Of a stretch of DNA of 64,000 nucleotides, positions 59,201 through 64,000 are shown piece after piece. The stretch's first letter is position 1. Every line of letters starts with the position of its first letter. The translations under genes and the position numbers were made by a program. Where the stretch lies: the NCBI GenBank assembly GCA_020137815.1, contig CM035355.1, forward strand, positions 2,046,001-2,110,000, given 5' to 3'. The notes below the pieces were generated by a model, which saw nothing but the letters and a program-made list of their open reading frames with translations, made no database searches and was not told the origin of the DNA. This DNA is from Hormiphora californensis. Lineage: Eukaryota; Animalia; Ctenophora.

Positions 59201-59672
59201 CTGAGGGAAGGAGTGGTGAATTAAAAGGGGTGGTAACTGAGGGAAGGAGTGGTGAATTGAAAGAGGTAGTGTAGGTAGACAAATGAGTTGATGGCGCGAT
59301 GCCAGAGGCCGGGACCTGATTACTGATTTGAATCATGTTAGCAGACAAGTGGTGATTGACAGGCCCTGTAAATATTTGAGAGGGATCATTGCAGCAATTT
59401 TCAACCGAGTCATGCGTATGCGCGCGAGCATTTTGCGCTACCTGGTCTAACATTTCACGACCGCGCGTTACAACAAAACATTGTTTCCTAAAATACTGTC
59501 ACCCGACCTCTTTCTCTCTCCCACACTCACAAGACTCCCACCACACCACCAAATAACAAACCTCAAATGTGAATGGAAAGGCTTTCTCAGTTCCCAGCTT
59601 TTTGAGAAGTTTTTCCTGGATTTTCGTCGTGCAAAATGGTGCTCCTCGAATCGGATACACCTGCATTGCGTC
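53272..59672 (-). CDS. Beta-arrestin-like protein, multi-exon; the most N-terminal exons were not located
   Basis: Matching segments are IQEKLLKKLG..AFPFTFE, PSSVTLQP..KPCGVEY, NFMMSPNPLHVEARLDKE, YIHGE..KQIANICLF..YKC, KRGLALDGQIKSEDTNLASST, LGIVVKYIVK and ELPFTLSHP. A clathrin-box-like LIDLE lies in the last exon. Confidence 0.9.
53962..54534. mobile_element. MITE with G-run TIRs and an internal (AAAAAAAGCC[AGATC])n array
   Basis: TTAA-GGGG..GGCCAAGGCCAAAAAAAGCC at the left end and GGCTTTTTTTGGCCTTGGCCCCCCCC-ATTAA at the right end. Confidence 0.7.
57148..58537 (+). CDS. Truncated Argonaute (L2-MID-PIWI only), intronless, non-catalytic; one frameshift at ~57830 (gene or pseudogene)
   Basis: Motifs are LTGRVLP (L2), ITQC..LNNILKKTNQKIGGINW (MID), LILGAVLT, IAAIVG, LPERIIYYRNG, GTVVDSVVT..EFYLQS..GT..SRYVIFHDD, LSFYLCH and IPAPALYA (PIWI). 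Confidence 0.85.
59015..59265. repeat. 36-bp tandem repeat x7 spanning an arrestin 3' splice site
   Basis: Units begin at 59015, 59051, 59087, 59124, 59160, 59196 and 59232. Confidence 0.9.
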
Positions 59673-60919
59673 CTGAGGGGAGAAATCCAGGTTAGATAGG
59701 AGAGATCTGAGTTGCAATGTTCATACTCTATTCGCGGGACAGTCTAAACAAGGGAGTGATATAGAGAGATAGTTGAAAAAGTAAGAAGTGTAGCCACTAT
59801 TAAAATGGACCTAGAGTAGGACAGTCTAATACAGTAATACCGCCCAGTATCAAATTGTGTCGTGTAGTATGAAGGATATATAGAGTATTTAGTATTTACA
59901 GAGGGGGGTTCTCTGTGAAATATATCTGATATGTCATACTACGACTCATATTATACCCTCCCACATCTGAGGGATTGTGTAGCTCGTGGTGACTGATATA
60001 ATATTCTTTGTCATGCTTGGAGAGAAGTCAGTCTGTACAATGCTGTGCGAGGGAGGATTTATATTACAATAAATAGTGGCTCATCGATTTACGAGGCCCA
60101 AAAACCCCGACCTTTTAAATGACCTTTAATGGAAACCGGAGAGAGAAGGAGAGAGAGGGGAGGGAAGGAGGAGGGGGGATGAAAAGGAGAGGGGAGGAGA
60201 GGGGGTGAGAGGAAGAGGAGGAGAGAGAAAAAGGGAAAAAGAAAGGGGAAAAGGGAAAATTTAGGGCCAAGGGGGGGGGAAAGGGGGGGTTAGCTAGCAG
60301 GTTTATTTTTCTAGGGGGTCTTTGGGTTTCCCGCCCTTTTGGGTTTTTTCCCCGGGGCCCCCCGGGGGGGGGGTTTTTGGGGGGAAAAAAGGGAATTATT
60401 TTTTTGGGGGGGGGGGGGGGGAAAAAATTTTTAGTTAAAAAGGGCCTTTAAACCCCCTATGTAAATTTTTAATGTTTTTGGGAAATTTGAGCCAATAGTC
60501 GGGCTGGGGTAATGGGGAAAATATACTTAAGCACGTTAGAGAGAGAGGGGTGTTGGGAGGGGTTGGTAAAGGGTGTTGGGAAATAGGTGAGATAGGTTGG
60601 AGGGAGAGGTCGGTTTTGGGGGGTTTTCCCAAGAAAGGGGAAAGAACCCTTTTTAACTTTTGTTCTAAGGGGTTGTGGGTTCTGGCTTTGTTTGGGGTTT
60701 CCAGTTAAAAATTTTTGGGGGTTGTGTATACTTTTTGTTTTTAGGGCCAGTCATAAGGGTGAAAATTAAGGGGGGGGGTCAGCAGAGGGATAAAAAGGGA
60801 GGTGGAAAAGTGTTATCCGATAAAGAATTGCGTGTTCAAAATTTCTTGGAATAGTGGGCTCATCGATTTACGAGGCCAAAGACCGCCCGACTCCTTATCA
60901 AGCATGACCATTTATATGA

Positions 60920-60942
60920 GACAGGAGAGAGAGAGAGGAGAG

Positions 60943-60979
<37 letters not shown>

Positions 60980-61033
60980 TGTAGAGAGAGAGAGAGAGAG
61001 GAGAGGAGAGAGAGAGAGGAGGAGAGACAGGAT

Positions 61034-61065
<32 letters not shown>

Positions 61066-61192
61066 AGGAGATAAATAGAGAGATAGAGAGAGAGGAGAGT
61101 GAGAGAGATAGAGAGAAGGAGAGAGAGAGATAGACAGGAGAGAAGAAAGACAAGAGAGAGGGACAGATGAGAAAGAGAGAGAGAGAGAGAGG

Positions 61193-61278
<86 letters not shown>

Positions 61279-61462
61279 AGAGAAAGAGAGAGAAAGGCAG
61301 TAAGTATGTAGCTTTAGTATAAGACTGGTGAAGGGTAATTTGGAGACCAATGAGTCTGACTGAGTAGTATGATAATGATGGGAAATAATATTACAGCACG
61401 TTACGAGAGAGAGGGGGAGAGAGAGAGGGGGGAGAGAGAGATAGAGAGATAGAGATAGAGAG

Positions 61463-61533
<71 letters not shown>

Positions 61534-61562
61534 AAAGAAAGTTAGAGCTAGTGAGAGAGAGA
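60920..61562. repeat. (GA)n-rich microsatellite tracts
   Basis: Read directly from the sequence. Confidence 0.9.
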
Positions 61563-62084
61563 TTATAGTAGGTGTGTTAGTGTGTACTGTGTATCTTTGA
61601 ATAGGGTGCTCCAGTACATAATGAAAGTGTTGTAAAGTATACTTCTTTGTCTATCTTGTAGCAGGCAGCTTCGGATGAGGGGCAGGTTGGACAATGAGAG
61701 GGCGGGGTCACAGAGAATAAAGGGCATAAATGAGACGTGTTCTACAAATGCAGTTCTGTCTCTATGAAACCTTCTTTCTCTCTCTGTCACTCCGTAATCC
61801 TGCGGTGGATGCCAGTCCATCACAAAATGCAGTGTGCAGAGAAGCCCAAATTTGGTTAAATCTACCAACGTAGTAGTTGCTACTATCCGTAACAATGTAA
61901 AATTTTACAACACAAAATGCAGAAAACACGGATTTAATCGTGTACAACCAAATTCTGAAGAGTGAAGTCTGAGGAGAGAACATTAGAATACTGTTCATTT
62001 CTAGTTTTATAAATTCTTGTCTTTTTTATAAAAGATCGCTCAATTTCCATCTTTTGTTCTCCCGACCACTTCCCTCAATCACAC

Positions 62085-62192
62085 TCTCTCTCTCTCTCTC
62101 TCTCTCTCTCGGGCTTCCTTTCATTGACGCACGTGTAGCAAACCTTGTATCGTCATCGCAGGATTACCTCTCACTCACTCTCTATATCTCTT

Positions 62193-62235
<43 letters not shown>

Positions 62236-62795
62236 TTTTCTTTCTCTATCTCTCTCTCTCTCTCCCTTTCAATTTCTCCTTCTTCATTATTCTCTATGCA
62301 ATATATTGGAGAATAGTAACACATGACACATGTCAATGCGACATGTCTACATAGAGACAGCAGGAATCCTCACAAGAAACCAAATGCGTTAACATCTCTC
62401 CCTCTTTCGTTCTCTATCTCTCTTTCTTTCTCTTCTCTTTCTCTTTCTCCCTCTCTATCCCATTCTCTCACTCATTCTACCTTCCCTTTCCATTTCATTT
62501 TGATTGGAAGTAGGTCTACTGGATAGAATACACCCAGGGAGGGAAGATTATAAAATGAAGAGATTGAAAGAAGTCATGAGTCATGACACTCAATACTAGC
62601 CTAGGAAAAGAGACTCAGACAGAACAGTTCCGTCTATTTCTAGTTATCTTGGTTCCATTGAATTTGTCTCTTACCTAGATAAAACAGACTCTAGATAAAA
62701 CAGACCCACGGACCTTAGTAGAAATCTCACTGTAAAATGAAGCAGGCAACTGCATATAATAGTGTCTAATAAATGCAGTACTCTCTGAAGGGAGG

Positions 62796-62844
<49 letters not shown>

Positions 62845-62853
62845 GAGAGAGAG

Positions 62854-62895
<42 letters not shown>

Positions 62896-62977
62896 TGAGA
62901 GAGAGAGAGAGGAGGGGATAGAGAGAGTGAGTGAGAGAGAAGAGAGAGAGGAGGAGTGCCGAGAGAGAGAGAGCAGA

Positions 62978-63046
<69 letters not shown>

Positions 63047-63397
63047 TGCCCATGGGAGAGTGCAATTCGCTGTGACAAAACCATCTACGTCAGAAAGTAA
63101 TTGGACCTTTTTTGGACCGACCCCAGACTGTATTTTTAATTCCTCTCCACCCTATAATACTTCGCGATTCTACTGTTTTATTTTCCTCTTTCCTTTTCTT
63201 CACCCCCCCCCCCCTTTTTATCTTTTTATGTTTGTGTCTTCACCCCCCTTTTACAACATTAGTTTGTGGACTTCAAATGGAGAAGGGTTGCGTAAGACTT
63301 GGAGCAATGTAAAATGCATCTCCCCATTAAACAGACATATCCTTGTTTGGATATTGGGCTAGTTTTAACCCGTTTCTTATGGCGCTCCCTTTACTCT

Positions 63398-63431
<34 letters not shown>

Positions 63432-63798
63432 TCTCCCTCTCTCTCTCTCTCCAGTCTCCCTCCCTCTCTCTCACAAACACTTAACTGACTTATTTCATTC
63501 GTCCCGGTGAGACCTAGAAGAGAGTCGCACTTTCTCTACATCTTATAAAGTATCTCCATCTCTTTATCGCCCGCTATCTCTCCCTCTCTATCTCTCTCCC
63601 TATCTCTTTTTCTTTGCCACTATATCCCTCTCCCCTAACCTCACATTCTCTCCCCTTGCTTTCAGCACCTTCCACCCATCAGCAGTCATGAACGCACAGA
63701 CACACCGATATTTTCTTCTGTTAGATAGTGTTATGTACTATACTGCAAAGCTTACAGGACTTCAATGTAGAAGATGATGCTCTCTCTCTCTCTCTCTA

Positions 63799-63868
<70 letters not shown>

Positions 63869-63870
63869 CT
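62085..63870. repeat. Multiple (CT)n/(GA)n/(CA)n microsatellite tracts
   Basis: Tracts at ~62085-62265, 62790-63043, 63395-63475 and 63780-63870. Confidence 0.9.
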
Positions 63871-64000
63871 TCTCTCTATCTCTCTCCATAAACTGTCCCA
63901 AACCCTCGCTCTCTATCATGATATATCTGCTCATGAAGGATAGGTCGACACGTTCAGTTCGCTAATCAAAACGACACACGTGAAGAGAGTGGAAAAAGCT

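Noticed and set aside
60075-60860. Apparent diverged duplicate of the sequence starting at ~60855, with long G/A/T/C homopolymers
   Set aside because: It begins as a near copy (GGCTCATCGATTTACGAGGCC) and degrades progressively across a GA microsatellite. This is typical of a low-quality read tail included in the assembly, not biology.
59700-62800. Candidate N-terminal arrestin exons (e.g. 61563-61895 ORF, 59956-60035)
   Set aside because: Resemblance to arrestin N-terminal motifs is weak and no consistent spliced frame could be built.
60802-63965. SL- and ER-rich ORFs
   Set aside because: These are translations of (GA)n/(CT)n microsatellites with no domain evidence.

Overview
This is gene-dense animal genomic DNA with short GT-AG introns, many DNA-transposon MITEs and GA microsatellites. 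The taxon cannot be fixed from the sequence alone. The recognisable genes are INTS7, a protein kinase, a small secreted Ig-like gene, a small unknown gene, MCM10, VPS26C/DSCR3, SYF2, DNAJC14, U2AF1, an NDUFB10-like gene, CCDC39, a beta-arrestin-like gene and a truncated Argonaute. The main highlight is a CR1/L2-group LINE whose ORF1 fuses an AlkB-type 2OG-Fe(II) dioxygenase (HxD..H..RxxxxxR intact) to an SGNH esterase. That ORF1 is split by a second, apparently intact LINE, and the nest fills a 10.8-kb intron in the middle of the kinase domain. A second highlight is an intronless MID+PIWI-only Argonaute with a degenerate catalytic tetrad, lying antisense inside an arrestin intron. Co-oriented genes with very short spacers carry 3' splice acceptors just before their start codons, suggesting SL trans-splicing or operons. 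Tandem duplications recur on 3' splice sites, and a 2-kb double foldback element lies in a CCDC39 intron. Several single-base homopolymer frameshifts and a garbled segment near 60.1-60.9 kb point to assembly errors, so frameshifts here should not automatically be read as pseudogenisation.
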